A stretch of DNA of 40,608 nucleotides from contig NC_068995.1 in NCBI RefSeq assembly GCF_001194135.2, positions 30,569,548-30,610,155 of the forward strand. The letters run 5' to 3'. Source of the DNA: Octopus bimaculoides. Its lineage: Eukaryota. Below are positions 21,737 through 35,480 of the stretch, one piece after another; within the stretch, counting starts at the first letter, position 1; the number at the start of each line of letters is the position of its first letter. Position numbers and translations under genes: made by a program. The notes beneath the pieces were generated by a model. That model saw nothing but the letters and a program-made list of their open reading frames with translations. It did no database searches and had not been told where the DNA came from.

Positions 21737-22204
21737 TTAGGAATTTAATATATTAATCATTGAACTTGAGTTGTCTTTTCCTCACCACATAATTATGTGT
21801 ATACCATCAAGCTAACGATTATTTCTTCATGTAGATAGTGTCTCAGAATAATTAACATTGCGCTTATTGGTTTACAATATTGTACATTTACTTTGTGGTT
21901 CTATCAGCACTGATAACGACTTAATAAGAGCGAAACACATTGGGAATGGTTTCCCCTACTTGATAAAACTAAAATTAATAATTGATGTTAATGCTGTCGT
22001 TTCTTCACCACATAATTATTTGGAGTCAGATATTTAATTATCATTGTATAAAATATGTTAAAAGTAATTTCACTTTTAAAAAATTTAGTCCGATGGAATA
22101 ATTCTTTTCCAAGGATAACTTGAACTCACTCTTTTAAGCTGAACAACCTTTTGCAAATGTTACAAACCAGAAGTAATTTCAAATACATCAAAGAACTAAC
22201 TGGT

Positions 22205-22350
22205 CGTTCGACCTGCTCGAAATAGTAACCAAGTCAACCTCAAAGGTTTTCTTATGCATATTATATCTGGAAATATGATTAGATGATCATGGCTGGAATG
22301 CCTTTTGCTACAGATTTGCTTGATCAGAGCTGGCCTCATGTTAATCAATG
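22205..22350 (+). repeat. Dispersed repeat family F
   Basis: CGACCTGCTCGAAATAGTAACC...GATCATGGCTGGAATGCC, shared with 26655-26835. Confidence 0.6.
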
Positions 22351-22359
22351 ACAACACCA

Positions 22360-22945
22360 GAGAACGTCAAGTACAATCAACTGGATGCGTGAATTGCAGC
22401 TGCTGGAACAATGTTCCAGCACTCGATCCTCAGAAGAGGGGAGGTTGGTAAAAAATACCAAACTTGCTAACATGAATTCAGTTTTCGTGCCCATTACCCC
22501 TACGGTCATGAATGTTGGGTGATGACCGAAAGAGTGGGATTGCGAAAACAAGCGGCTGAAATGGGATTCTTTCGAAGTTCGTCTGTAGAGTAACGTAACT
22601 CGACATGATGCGTAGCTCGGAGATCAGAGTGTCTCTCCAGATTGAGGCGCTACTTCTTCGCGTTGAGAAGTCACAGCTCCAGCACTATGGACGTGTGATT
22701 AGAATGCCAAAGAAAAGAATCGCAAGACGGATTCTTCAAGCCGAACCAACCGGCAGGAGATCTAAGGGTAGGCTGAGAATGAGATGGTTGGATAATATCC
22801 ATAATTCCAGTTGGCCACGCTTGGGGATCTACTCGGGAAGTCTAATGACGGTTGCTTTTGATAAGACCCTATGGAAGTGGTGTCTGAAGACTCTACCCAA
22901 AAGACATTCCCAGGAATAGCAGGCGAAGAAAACGGGTGGATGGAT
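22360..22945 (+). mobile_element. RTE-clade LINE 3' fragment
   Basis: SVFVP..YGHECWVMTER..QAAEMGF..MRSSEIR..EALLLRVEKSQLQHYGRVIRMP...GRRSKGRLRMRWLD; runs into a GATG/GACA/GATA tail. Confidence 0.85.
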
Positions 22946-23035
<90 letters not shown>

Positions 23036-23125
23036 GTGTGTATACGTACGTATATGCATATATGTGTATATATGTGTTTGTTTGTATGTATGTATTATGT
23101 GCGTGTGTGTGTGTGTGTGTGTGTT
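22945..23125. repeat. (GACA)n(GATA)n(TG)n microsatellite
   Basis: Visible. Confidence 0.95.
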
Positions 23126-23453
23126 GAATTCAAAAATACCAGGAATTAGATGCAAAACTACAGTATTCACACGAAAAATAAAATACTACCCAAGCATACG
23201 ACGAATCAAGAGTTTATAAACCAAACAACGTATTAGAGCTGAGATAGCTTATAGCACTCTTGCTTAGGTCCTTCTACCCCTAATCTATCCAAAGCAAGAT
23301 GTTATCATCACAAACCACCCTCATACACCACCTACACAACCAAACTAAAATATCATAAGTAAAAGAGTAACTGAAAGCGTTGTTTGTGGCTGCATTAAAT
23401 TTAAACCTCTAACACCAACACCACCACAGTCCCCGTCACTGCATAAGCACATT

Positions 23454-23484
<31 letters not shown>

Positions 23485-23754
23485 CACATCTGAAACATCC
23501 GGTATACTACAATTACAACCATTACTGCTTACATGAACACAGCAAGAATTCTATAATCGATTCAACTGATTCCAGCATATGGCTGGTATTTGTCTTAAAA
23601 ACCTTGAAAATAAGGCAAAGTCAAATTGATCAAAATACGACTTGGAGACAGAATATTAAAAAGCCAGACTAAATTCACTTCCACACACTGCTATCATTGC
23701 TAATATACTAAAAGTGAGAGCAAATCAAATAATAAATCAACTACTATTTGATTT

Positions 23755-23804
<50 letters not shown>

Positions 23805-24480
23805 NNNNNNNNNNNNNNNNNNNNNNNNNNNNNNNNNNNNNNNNNNNNNNNNNNNNNNNNNNNNNNNNNNNNNNNNNNNNNNNNNNNNNNNNNNNNNNNN
23901 NNNNNNNNNNNNNNNNNNNNNNNNNNNNNNNNNNNNNNNNNNNNNNNNNNNNNNNNNNNNNNNNNNNNNNNNNNNNNNNNNNNNNNNNNNNNNNNNNNNN
24001 NNNNNNNNNNNNNNNNNNNNNNNNNNNNNNNNNNNNNNNNNNNNNNNNNNNNNNNNNNNNNNNNNNNNNNNNNNNNNNNNNNNNNNNNNNNNNNNNNNNN
24101 NNNNNNNNNNNNNNNNNNNNNNNNNNNNNNNNNNNNNNNNNNNNNNNNNNNNNNNNNNNNNNNNNNNNNNNNNNNNNNNNNNNNNNNNNNNNNNNNNNNN
24201 NNNNNNNNNNNNNNNNNNNNNNNNNNNNNNNNNNNNNNNNNNNNNNNNNNNNNNNNNNNNNNNNNNNNNNNNNNNNNNNNNNNNNNNNNNNNNNNNNNNN
24301 NNNNNNNNNNNNNNNNNNNNNNNNNNNNNNNNNNNNNNNNNNNNNNNNNNNNNNNNNNNNNNNNNNNNNNNNNNNNNNNNNNNNNNNNNNNNNNNNNNNN
24401 NNNNNNNNNNNNNNNNNNNNNNNNNNNNNNNNNNNNNNNNNNNNNNNNNNNNNNNNNNNNNNNNNNNNNNNNNNNNNNNN

Positions 24481-24558
<78 letters not shown>

Positions 24559-24846
24559 TACAAGCATACGTACATAGAAACATATACATACATGTAAAGA
24601 GATAAATATATCGTTCTATAATTCTGAGATGCAAAACATTAATTACAAAATTACTTCTTCATTTTCCTGTTCATTTAAGTCGATTATAGATTAATATTTC
24701 ATGAGATTAAAGAATAAAATACATGGAGCATAGTGGGTAGGGGTTATGACAGATTTGAGAATCACATGGTGCAGTCTCGATCCAGGTTTTTTGAATGGAA
24801 GCCTATGAGTTGTATGTGTGCATGTATGTATGTATGTATGTATGTA

Positions 24847-24888
<42 letters not shown>

Positions 24889-25114
24889 TATACATTTCAC
24901 CTAAGCATAACGATACAAATAACCTGGTGTTAAAACTCAGTAAACATATGCTTCAGAATGAAGCGTTAGTCGAGTACAGGGCGAAGTATGAAATTAAATG
25001 ACAAAGGCACAGTAGATTATGCAAGAAACTTAATTATCTTACAACTGTTTCTCTCTGTGCACCCAGAGCTGAGTTCATTTTCATAGAGAGAGAGAGAGAT
25101 ACAGAGAGAGAGAG

Positions 25115-25195
<81 letters not shown>

Positions 25196-25899
25196 NNNNN
25201 NNNNNNNNNNNNNNNNNNNNNNNNNNNNNNNNNNNNNNNNNNNNNNNNNNNNNNNNNNNNNNNNNNNNNNNNNNNNNNNNNNNNNNNNNNNNNNNNNNNN
25301 NNNNNNNNNNNNNNNNNNNNNNNNNNNNNNNNNNNNNNNNNNNNNNNNNNNNNNNNNNNNNNNNNNNNNNNNNNNNNNNNNNNNNNNNNNNNNNNNNNNN
25401 NNNNNNNNNNNNNNNNNNNNNNNNNNNNNNNNNNNNNNNNNNNNNNNNNNNNNNNNNNNNNNNNNNNNNNNNNNNNNNNNNNNNNNNNNNNNNNNNNNNN
25501 NNNNNNNNNNNNNNNNNNNNNNNNNNNNNNNNNNNNNNNNNNNNNNNNNNNNNNNNNNNNNNNNNNNNNNNNNNNNNNNNNNNNNNNNNNNNNNNNNNNN
25601 NNNNNNNNNNNNNNNNNNNNNNNNNNNNNNNNNNNNNNNNNNNNNNNNNNNNNNNNNNNNNNNNNNNNNNNNNNNNNNNNNNNNNNNNNNNNNNNNNNNN
25701 NNNNNNNNNNNNNNNNNNNNNNNNNNNNNNNNNNNNNNNNNNNNNNNNNNNNNNNNNNNNNNNNNNNNNNNNNNNNNNNNNNNNNNNNNNNNNNNNNNNN
25801 NNNNNNNNNNNNNNNNNNNNNNNNNNNNNNNNNNNNNNNNNNNNNNNNNNNNNNNATATAGCAGTGGCTATAATAATCCCAAACTGATCTCAAACTGAT

Positions 25900-25972
25900 G
25901 GGATGTGGGACTGAATCCGAAAGCACGTGATCCTGAGGCGAACTTCTTCTCAACAGACCCATGCTTGTGCTA
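25900..25972 (-). mobile_element. Degenerate family B SINE head
   Basis: GTGGGACTGAATCCGAAAGCACGTG..AGGCGAACTTCTT resembles 2290-2332. Confidence 0.45.
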
Positions 25973-26654
25973 ATAAATAACATCACTAAAATAGTTTAGT
26001 GGGATCGTGGGATAGAAATCGCAGGTCCAACTCGGTCGCGGAAAGTCAAGTAGGGAAATTTGATATTTCAAGGACACAACTAGAGTTGAGTTACCTCCCT
26101 TAACAGAATCTACGCTTTTTAATTTAAAGGGAGATAATTAGTAAATATTTTTCCAAGAGACGTAACTTTCAATAATTATAAATAGACTTAATCTCTAAAA
26201 TTTGTGGAGACATATAGAGGTCTATTTTGACGTTGGTTCAATGAAAACTTGGCATTTGGGGTTATGCCTTTTATCTGAGAATAAGGTTCCGCCAATATGA
26301 ATTACTTTCTTCTGTAACACCATTTCAGTACAATTTTGCTTATGGTACAAAAGTCAGTTTTTGTCTCTGCTATAAATTTGAAAATTTGTGACTAGATAAA
26401 AACGAAACCAGCGACCCTATTACATATATTTACTAAGAATATTCTCGAAATTCTTCAAATGACTGCTGCAGAACTGTCATAGTACAGTAGCATATATTTG
26501 CTGTCATTAATAGAGCGTATGTTGTAGATCGGTTGGGCCTTCTCCAGTTGTGTGATAACAGCTACCAAGGGTGTTCTGAGTCAATTCACCACCACCACCA
26601 CCACCACCACCACCAGTATCGCCACACTCTTCTTCCAATATGGAACATCTTACG

Positions 26655-26835
26655 AGGTACACTTGATTTGCTAGAAATAGCAACCGAATCTCCCGTATTC
26701 CATACCCTATTACCCTAAAAACAAGGAAAAGTTGAATAACGTTGTCCTGGGTTCTCTGTACAGCTGGTCACGGCTGGAATGACTTAGATTATAGATCTAT
26801 TGAATCAAGGTTGACCTGGATATAAACAATAACAA
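26655..26835 (+). repeat. Dispersed repeat family F
   Basis: TTTGCTAGAAATAGCAACC...GGTCACGGCTGGAATGAC...GACCTGGATATAAACAATAACAA. Confidence 0.6.
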
Positions 26836-26974
26836 TACCTCCTTCAATTTATAATTGGTATTTGTTACTTCTGCGAGATGTCCCACACTATTTCGTGTAA
26901 ATCCACTTTTTAAAGGAAACTGATTTTGTAACCAAAGTTCCTTGCCACACTTGCACCATAAGAATTATATGTTG

Positions 26975-27216
26975 CTGAGAAATATCCCTTTCTACTACAG
27001 GCGCAAAACTTGAAACTTCTTGNNNNNNNNNNGGGGGGGGGGGGGCTAGCCGATTACATCGACTCCTGTACTTAACTGGTACTTTATTTCATCGACTACG
27101 AAAGGATAAAAGGTAAAGTGGGCCACAGTGAATCTGAACTGAGAACATAAAGACAGACAAAATGCCGCTAAGCATCTTGTCCAGCGTGCTAACGATTTCG
27201 CAAGCTCACCGCCTTA
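26975..27216 (-). mobile_element. tRNA-derived SINE, family A (10-N gap inside)
   Basis: Body and head match the other copies. Confidence 0.75.
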
Positions 27217-27479
27217 TGGTGCTGACAAATATGTTTAAAATAAGCGATGACGCTTTTCTGTGAAACAGGGCAGATGACATGAGTGCAATACTTTTTTCTT
27301 CTCATAGCAACATTCTTATGGTTATTTCGGATGACCAAAACTGATCAAAATTTCTAGAATTTAGAAACCCTGCTTTTAGCTTGCTCAATGTGGCCACACA
27401 CCTTTAGGGAATCATTTTATAGAGAAGGGCTTATAACCCTTAGAGAAATTGACGAATATATCTGTTATAATTTTGTCTT

Positions 27480-27610
27480 CTGCTGTTCGAGTCAACAGAC
27501 CTTCGATCAAAGATATTTCAGCAGTAACCATTACATCCATTCAATTTCTTCGTTTCTAAAGCGCTAGGTTGTGATATGACTGTTATTTCTAACAGGTCAA
27601 GTGACTGTGT
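27480..27610 (-). repeat. Dispersed repeat family F
   Basis: GACTGTTATTTCTAACAGGTCAAGTGAC motif. Confidence 0.5.
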
Positions 27611-27966
27611 AGAGACTTCCTGGCTGACTCGAAATGTGTTGTAGCTTTAAAGTAGTGTTGCAAAAATAGCAGAATAGTCAAAGAGATTGAACACAGATGG
27701 TAAGCAATCGGAGTGTGGAGTTGTTGATTTATGCATCAATGAGGTACAGAATATATAGGCTTGATTCCATATATATGACAAGTATTCAAGGTTGAAATTT
27801 AACTGTATATCATAACGAAATTGAAGTTGTTTGTTCATGACGGAAGAATATTGTAGTTGACCTTGAAAATGAAATCGACTCATCATCTACAAGTAAACTG
27901 TTATTTGTAATTATCTGTTTCATTCGAAATATTCCATTTTAAGCTTATGTTAGCAAATATATTCTT

Positions 27967-28160
27967 TTCTACTCCAGGCACAAAGCCCGAAATTTTGGGG
28001 GAGGAGGCCAGTCGATTAGATCTACCCCAGTACGCAACTGGTACTTAATTTATCGACACCGAAAGGATGAAAGGCAAAATCGACCTCGGCGTAATTTGAA
28101 CTCAGAACGTAAAGACAGACGAAATACCGCGAAGCATTTCGCCCGGCGTGCTAACGTTTC
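27967..28160 (-). mobile_element. tRNA-derived SINE, family A (head interrupted)
   Basis: Complete body; stops at GCTAACGTTTC where the next copy begins. Confidence 0.85.
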
Positions 28161-28370
28161 TTATTTCTTTATTACCCACAAAGGGCTAAACATAGAGGGG
28201 ACAAACAAGGACAGACAAAGGGATTAAGTCGATTATATCGACCCCAGTGCGTAACTGGTACTTAATTTATCGACCCCGAAAGGATGAAATTTGAACTCAG
28301 AACGTAGCGACGGGCGAAATACCGCTAAGCATTTCGCCTGGCGTGCTAACGTTTCTGCCAGCTCGCTGCC
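28161..28370 (-). mobile_element. tRNA-derived SINE, family A, young subfamily with small internal deletion
   Basis: Minus-strand head GGCAGCGAGCTGGCAGAAACGTTAGCACGCC, B-box-like GTTCTGAGTTCAAAT, tail AAAGAAATAA. Confidence 0.9.
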
Positions 28371-28540
28371 TTTATGAAACTCTCTGTAAAGCAAAACATT
28401 AAAGGAATTAATGTTTTGGTTAATTAAATGACTAATCAAAATTTCTTCTAAACATACGACGAGACGAAAAATGAATAAAAGTCTTTAGTGGGAAATTTCT
28501 CCATTACCTTTTTTTATTCTTTTCTCCTTTCAAAAATATC

Positions 28541-28751
28541 AGTTTCAAATTTTGACACAAGGCCAGCAATTTCGGTGGAGAGGCTAGTCGATTACATCAG
28601 CTCCAGTGCTCAACAGGCACTTATTTTATCGAGCCCAAAAGAATGAAAGACAAAGTCAACCTCGGGGAAATTTGAACTCAGAATGTAAAGACGGATGAGA
28701 TGCTGCTAAGCATTTCGCCCGACCTGCTAACGATTTTGCCAGCTCCCCGGC
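28541..28751 (-). mobile_element. tRNA-derived SINE, family A
   Basis: Matches the other copies. Confidence 0.8.
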
Positions 28752-30560
28752 TTTCTTCTTTCAAAAATATTACAACAGAATCTGTACTTCTAGAACGGTA
28801 TTTCCTTTGGTAAGACACGGTGTGAATTTATATTTTAAAAATGTGATACAGCCGACACAAGTATTTAGCTGGTATTTTTATTGTATTAACTCAAAAGATT
28901 AATTTATATCATACCACAACCCTGTCTCTGTCTTTGTCGTCAGTTGAAGTCTGTTCAGTTCATTTGGAAAGATCATGGCTAGCACGGCGTTTTAAATCCC
29001 TTCTGCTAACCATTATATCTTTGCGAAAGGCGTAAATTTACGGCTATGGGTTTATTACATTTGCATACCTCTAGCCGCTTTGTATAGCAATCCACAAAGA
29101 TTAGGTTGTATGCGCCGTTCACTGGTCCAGTGTAGTCGATATCTAATCTGGACCATGGGCTCTCAGTTTTTGTGCCCAGACCTAGTTTGTCCGAAACATT
29201 TTGCGGAAACATTTTTTCTTAATTTTCTCTTTAACGCTTCAGACGAATTATTTTTCGAGAGATGACCATTTACGTTTTTACAATAGAAATTTATGGGAAG
29301 GTCCCATAAATCGAATAATTCTAACCAATCGGTACCAAACAGATCGGTTGCATTTTTAACGACGAAAACATTCGCCTTGCGTGTTTTCCTTGAAATGTGA
29401 CATTAGTCCACATTTCGCTTATGAAATGTAATTTGTCGCCCGTCGCACAACGAGCAGATTTCGCTGTTTTTCTCAACACAGGTTTCCCTGTTTTCTTCGA
29501 TATGTCCATATTCATTATTGAAATATCACTTCCTGTATCCAATTGAAGTTTAATATGTATTTTTTACATGTACAAATTTTCTAATTTGGGAGTCGAATTT
29601 CGTTTCTGCTGAGAGCACTCTAGGATTTTTAACGCTTGACCGTCATAATTTTGTTCTGCAGTGTGAACTCTTGTGATCAATTCTTTTGCAACTGTAACAC
29701 TTTTTATTTTTAAATGGACAGTTTTCTCTGAAATGTAGCCCCACATCCATAACATGGATTAAGACGTGGCGCTAATTCATGTTATGGATTAGCGCCATAA
29801 TCCATATGGCGGTCGGCATATCTGTACTTTTGAGGAATTCTTTTCTTAAATTTTTTCTCCGTCGTGTTTCAGATTTACCATTCTTTGGCATTCATCTACC
29901 ACGGACTTGGTTCGCTTGCTCCAATTTAGAAAGAATTCGTGCCCGAATTCCTGTATCTCCGCTTGCTGTAAGGCCTTGTACGAAAATAAGACACTTGAAC
30001 AACTCAGGTGTAAGTTCTTTGAGTTTAAAACTTTCACACATCCTATTGACTGTTCCTGCGTATGTGATAAAACCATCATTCTCTTTCTTTTATCACCGAA
30101 TATGTTAAACAGTAATTCTATCGCTTCTTTAAAACAAATTTCAATGAGATTTTTAGGCAATATAAAATTACACTAACGTTCATGTTCTAACGGAGCTAAT
30201 TTTCGCGTTAACAATCTCGCTTTTTGTTCGTCCGACCATGGTTTGCACCCTTGCTTAAAAATCTCCTCGTACCTTCTGCAGTATGATGCACAAGTTATAC
30301 CCTCCTCTGGGTTATAACTGAATTCATTAATCGAGTTCGAAACGCCGTCTATTGAAAATGAACTTGTCTCATTTTTGGATTTTGAATATAGCTACAATAA
30401 TTGTTGTTGTTGTAGTTGTTGTAATAGTTGCTTCTGAAACTCCTGTGGCTGCTATTGTTGTTAATTTTGCAACTGTACAATGGACGCTAATAGATCTTCC
30501 ATTATTTAACAAGTTCTATCACGAACAAATTGCTAAACAACCTGCGTGAGCTTCGAAACT

Positions 30561-30570
30561 CTCGTCGCCA
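30561..30570 (-). promoter_or_regulatory. Primer-binding site TGGCGACGAG (tRNA-Ser(GCU)-type)
   Basis: 2 nt inside the LTR end; complementary to a tRNA 3' end ...CUCGUCGCCA, as in recalled eukaryotic tRNA-Ser(GCU). Confidence 0.75.
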
Positions 30571-30572
30571 GA

Positions 30573-30834
30573 TGTAACGTAATTTGTTACGTAAAACAAA
30601 TAAGATAACCAGACAACAGTAAAAAAAAACAATATAATGAACTAGCAAATCTCTTTACAAACCAATAATCAATATTCCTTATGAACTAACCAACCGACAC
30701 CTTCCAACATCACTACAAACTAACACGAACTTCACTCGACTCCGAACTCCGAGCTCACTCGGATCGTTACTATTTATACTTTACTCAGACCAGTCTATCT
30801 CTCGTAAGGGGGCATCGTAACTCTCATCACAACA
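30573..30834 (-). mobile_element. 5' LTR (~262 bp)
   Basis: TGT...ACA termini; minus-strand TATAAATAG near 30772-30780; adjacent PBS. Confidence 0.75.
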
Positions 30835-31484
30835 CTGGAATATTAAATGTCTTTCTGAGTTTCATGAGTGCCAGCATCATTGGCACACAAACTGGTTTGC
30901 ACCAGATTTCTCATAAATATATCTCGGTTTGGCATTCGAATAAGAAGTTAATATGTCTGTGTTGCAAAGTAGTCATAGAAGTACATAAGCGACATCTCTC
31001 TCTCTCCTTCTTTCTCTCTCTCTCTCTCTCCTTCTTTCTCTCTCTCTCTCTCTTTCTTTCTCTCTCTCTCTCTCTCCCTCTATCTCTCCTTGTCATCCCA
31101 TATCTCTTCCTCACTTGCAGACGAAGGGTAAGAACTCGAAAGGTTAGATCCATTATTCGCCACATCACACCCCAGTCGATCCAAGCCAATTGTACTCACT
31201 TCTAGAAAATCAGAACATTGTAGCAATAAAAGAAATTATCAAGATAGTTCAAACACTAAATTCACAAAAATTATTGAACATCGGGAATACAATATCTGTC
31301 AGTGTTGAGCAATGTCTGTTTTATGAATACAATCATGTTAGAGCCTACTTTACAATTTACCCATTAAAAATATAAATATCAATCACATACCGTATCAACA
31401 ATGCTCACTGCCTTCAATTTATGACGTTAAACCAATGTGAGAAGTCAACACTCCATATATTAGTGTGAAGAGAGTTTTCGAATT

Positions 31485-31516
<32 letters not shown>

Positions 31517-31569
31517 ATTTCATCGTCAGCTCGTCCCTTGAATCCGATGATTTATTTCTCCTCCTGGAC

Positions 31570-32830
31570 GAATATTTGGACCGTTAATGCCGGTTGCGAA
31601 TGTGGATAACGAGGTCAATCCTCGCGTACAACGTGCGATTGCCTTGTCCGCATGTGAGTGTCAAAGTCGTCGGTTTTGGTTGCTACTGTCTGGCCTCCTG
31701 TACTCGTTGTCTCTCCTCTTCTTTTTTATTATTTCTCTCGCAAAAATATTACCTTATTGTTTATGTTTCATCGGTAATCGGGACAGTTGGTTACGGACGT
31801 CTCAAAAGCCAAAGGTTCGAAGCTGACCTGCTTCAGTGTTGACTAGCAGATCTTTGTAGCGTCGAAGAGGGGCACCTCTTTGTCTTTTGCCCGGTTGCCA
31901 ATTTGCTGAAGAGGATTTGATGACGAAGTCGTTCATCGTTCACCGTTCATCCTGGCCGGCCCCTCTAAGATGATGTTTGATGATTATGGATTCGATAATC
32001 TGGTTATTCGTTTTCACCATCACGGAGTTATTGAAGACATAGTCAAACAACTTGATGTTCAAGAGAGAGTGAAGTTTCAGTTGATGAAAACGTTCGAGAT
32101 TTTTTATGTTGCAATAATAAAAAGTTCAAGTTTCACAACCATATAAGAACGTTTTTGAATACACGTTTTGTAAGCCGATCGGATTCTTCGTTTCACATCT
32201 TGCTCAGAGTTGCATTTAGTGGAGAGCACACTGATTAACTTGCTCCAGTGGTGTGCCCAAAATGACGATGTTAAAGTCCGGGAGGGAAGAAATCGGAGCT
32301 GGTTGACTGAGGACTCATAGTATTTACAGTGGACCCAAAACGTTGATAAGCATTGGTGAAATTATTGACAGCTTGTTGTAATTCTAAGCATCAGTGATTG
32401 AATGCCACATTCTTACCGGCGTACTAAAGTTCTGAGATTCGCTTGATACTAGTGAAGTTATTTTACCGAAACCTCCACAGTCGTCGATCAAAACGATATC
32501 TGATATCTACTTCTGGCTGATCCGGGGTAAGTTCACAGGTAATTCCAGCAAGGTATGTTGGAACGTTCATTGTTTGGTTATCTCGCGTATGAAAGTTACT
32601 ATCCGCAACAAACCAAGGTTCCACCACCTGCCTCTCGCCCCAACATTCTGTCGTAAATCTGACATCCCAAAACTCTAGGACCACCAGTGCGCAATCACAT
32701 ATCAAAATTTCATCCACGATAAAAGATCAATTCCAACTTTCCAAATCACTAAACCTTGCGAGAAGAATGTCCTTCCCCGAAAAATATCATCTCCAAAGCT
32801 GCCAAACGTAATATCGGATTCTCCAAAAGA
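31570..32830 (-). mobile_element. RTE-clade (BovB-like) LINE, decayed RT to C-terminus
   Basis: IYDRMLGR, VDIRYRFD, LYGCET.T, LERFHQ..L..LLNIK, QILFSKLATG..RQRGAPLRRYKD, and C-terminal C..R..ARIDL..HIR.RH across frameshifts. Confidence 0.8.
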
Positions 32831-33871
32831 AAGAACCAACACTGGTTTGACTGGTTCCAGCCAAGTGTTTTTGCATGTTAGGGAATAGATGATAATCAGA
32901 TGGAGCCAAATCAGGAGAACAGTGGGGGTAATCAACCAGTTCAATGTCACATTTATGCACAACAGCCATTGAAACGAAGGACTTGTGTGTTGGACTATTG
33001 TCCTGATGAAACAAAACCCCTTTCGTCCAATTTTCCTTGGTGTTTGATCTTGATAGCCTTTCGTAACTGCTCCAGCAAGTTGGCATAGTACTCTCCATTG
33101 GTTGTGAAGATAATCAATAAACACAATGCCTTTTGCATCCCAAAAGAACTAAGACCATCACCTTCCCTGCAGATAAAACTACCTTGGCCTTCTTTGGAGC
33201 AGGTGAGGAGGAGTATTTCCACAGCATGGATTGTCTATTTGTCTCTGGCTCAGGGCGAGGAAACGTTCAGAGAAACCAGCTGGATCTGCCTCAAACAATG
33301 TCAGATTTTGCTGCAGCGCTTTTGATCAGGTGTCAGAAGACGTGGTACCCACCAAGCAGAAACCTTCGTCATGCCAAGTTCATTGTGCAGAGTATTCTAA
33401 ATTCTCTCACGGGATATGCTAATAACATTGGCTTTTTGATTTATAGTTAATCACTTATCGTCCATCACCATGTAGTGAATACAATCAATGTTTTCGTCGG
33501 TGGTGGAAGTTGCAGGGCGTCCAGACATTGGATCACCTTCAAGACTCACCTTTCCCTTCCTAAATTCAGCTGTTCACTTTTACACCGTTGATAAAGCTAA
33601 AGTGTTATTCTCTATTTCAGTATGAATGTCGTTGAGGGCTAAACCCTTTTTCTGCACGCACTTGATAACACTGCGATCCCAAATCTTATCCATTTTCAAG
33701 GGAAGTCGCAGCTAGTTACATTTGAAGCTTTCTTTAAACAGTCAGATATTAATTTACTTGGAAAGAAACAACGCAGTTAATAAGAAGGCCTGAAATTAAT
33801 GCATGCGAGATTTTACAGCTCATGCATCACTCCTTCGTAGTCAGCCTATGAATTTTTCAGCCCCACTCATG
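32830..33871 (-). mobile_element. Mariner (DD34D) remnant, 3'-truncated
   Basis: PKKAKVV.SAGKVM, VLFHQDNSPTH, HCSPDLAPSDYHLFPNMQKHL; 5' TIR-like ATGAGTGGGGCTGAAAAATTCATAGGCTGAC at ~33840-33870. Confidence 0.9.
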
Positions 33872-34091
33872 CCTTTGAAGGTGGGGGGTCTTGTTAGGTA
33901 GCAGGAAGTAGGTTGCAACTAAATGAGATATTATCCCGGATTTTCGTTAAGCCTTGTTTATCAGCATCAGATCCACTTCTTATCTCTTTCATCTTCCACG
34001 GTAACTTTTATCTATTTATACTTTCTATATTTGGACAACGTAAGCATGTACACGTGAGTTTTGTACCTACACACTTATGCATCTGTATACA

Positions 34092-34158
<67 letters not shown>

Positions 34159-34161
34159 CTA

Positions 34162-34971
34162 AGGTGCATTCCAGAAGTTTTGAGGCTTTTTTAAGTGAGG
34201 CAATTTTTTTTCTATAGTTGATATAGATTATTGTGATTTTAGTATATCATTATTATATATCTTATTAGCTGACCTGCAGCCAGCTTTTGTTATTCCAGAT
34301 TGAAGGATACGGCTGTAACATTACTTTGAGCACACCCTACTAAACAGTGCTTGTCACAGCTGACTGGTGAGCAGAATGCAGTCGGGCCGTGAAGACAATT
34401 TGGAAGATCGCTGTGCAATAAAGTTTTTTGTTAAACAGGGCAAAAAAACACTACAGAAACGTATGAAATGCTACAGACTGCTTATGGATTAACTCGTAAG
34501 AGCTAAGCATCTGTTTTTCGCTGCCACAATGATCGGGAAAAGCAAGTCCATCGGAAAGTTCATGATGACCCCTTTTTTCGGAAGCAAAGGTATTGTCTAC
34601 ATCCACAGGGTTCCCATTTGCCAGACTACTTTGTGAGGTTTCAAGAGAGTTCAGGAAAAGGCCATAACAAAAGGACAGAACACCTGCATCAGAACGATGC
34701 GCCAGTCCACGATTGCATCCTGGTAACCAGCTACTTGACAGAAATGGGCATCAAAACTGTCCCTACAACCATCCCTACAGCCCAGAACTTGCTCCCTGTA
34801 ACTTTTGATTATTTCCCAAGCTGAAGGAGAAGATGGAAGAGGCTATGACAAGGGGCCTGAATATCTTCACTTTGGAAGATTTCTACAATTGCATTGAAGG
34901 AGATTAGTTTTTGTGCTTCTTTAAAATAAATGTCACTCCTGGAAAAGTCTCAAACCTTCCGGAATGCGTCT
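34162..34971 (+). mobile_element. Internally deleted mariner with both TIRs (~810 bp)
   Basis: TIRs AGGTGCATTCCAGAAGTTTTGAGGCTTTT and, in reverse complement, AGACGCATTCCGGAAGGTTTGAGACTTTT; remnants HLHQNDAPVH and HPYSPELAPCNF. Confidence 0.85.
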
Positions 34972-35299
34972 ATACTAAGTTGACTCCCCTACTTGTGGAC
35001 GCTCTCGAATCCATTCTCGTCAATGAACAATTTTTTTTTTGTCTTTCTCACTGTTTATTTCCGTTCAGTTTTTAGGTGTCGCGGCATTAATTATATTAAT
35101 TATATTAATTTAACCCACCCACCCCTGCTACTGCACACTCTCATTAACTAAATTAATTTAACTCCCACAATCCTCCACTACTGCATACCCTCATTAATCA
35201 CATCAATACAACTCCTTAACTTTATTAATCTAAATACTCGCGTCTTTTGTTACTGCTTCCTTACATTAATTATATTTTGTAGTTGCCGAAGTGCGTGGG

Positions 35300-35371
35300 T
35301 GGGTGTGTGTGTGAGAGAGAGAGAGAAGAGTTTGTATGTATGTATGTATGTATGTATGTATGTATGTATGT

Positions 35372-35428
<57 letters not shown>

Positions 35429-35480
35429 CATGCATGTGTGTATATATATATACACACACACACATACACATACACACACA
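35300..35480. repeat. Compound (TG)/(GA)/(TATG)/(GATA)/(CA) microsatellite
   Basis: Visible. Confidence 0.95.

Larger units (their letters stand above)
29000..30834 (-). mobile_element. Internally deleted Ty3/Gypsy LTR retrotransposon (5' LTR, PBS, gag, protease, partial integrase)
   Basis: gag-like ELTPELFKCLIFVQGL..IRARILSKLE; protease MDTGSDISIM; integrase PWSRLDIDYTGPVNGAYNLIFVDCYTKRLEV. No RT/RNase H and no 3' LTR seen. Confidence 0.85.

Noticed and set aside
27960-28751. Regularly recurring repeats suggesting a CRISPR-like array
   Set aside because: These are adjacent SINE copies in eukaryotic DNA, with no short repeat-spacer periodicity or cas genes.
31110-31205. Acceptor and donor words suggesting micro-exons
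   Set aside because: The implied exons are 2-7 nt; chance matches next to a CT microsatellite are more likely.
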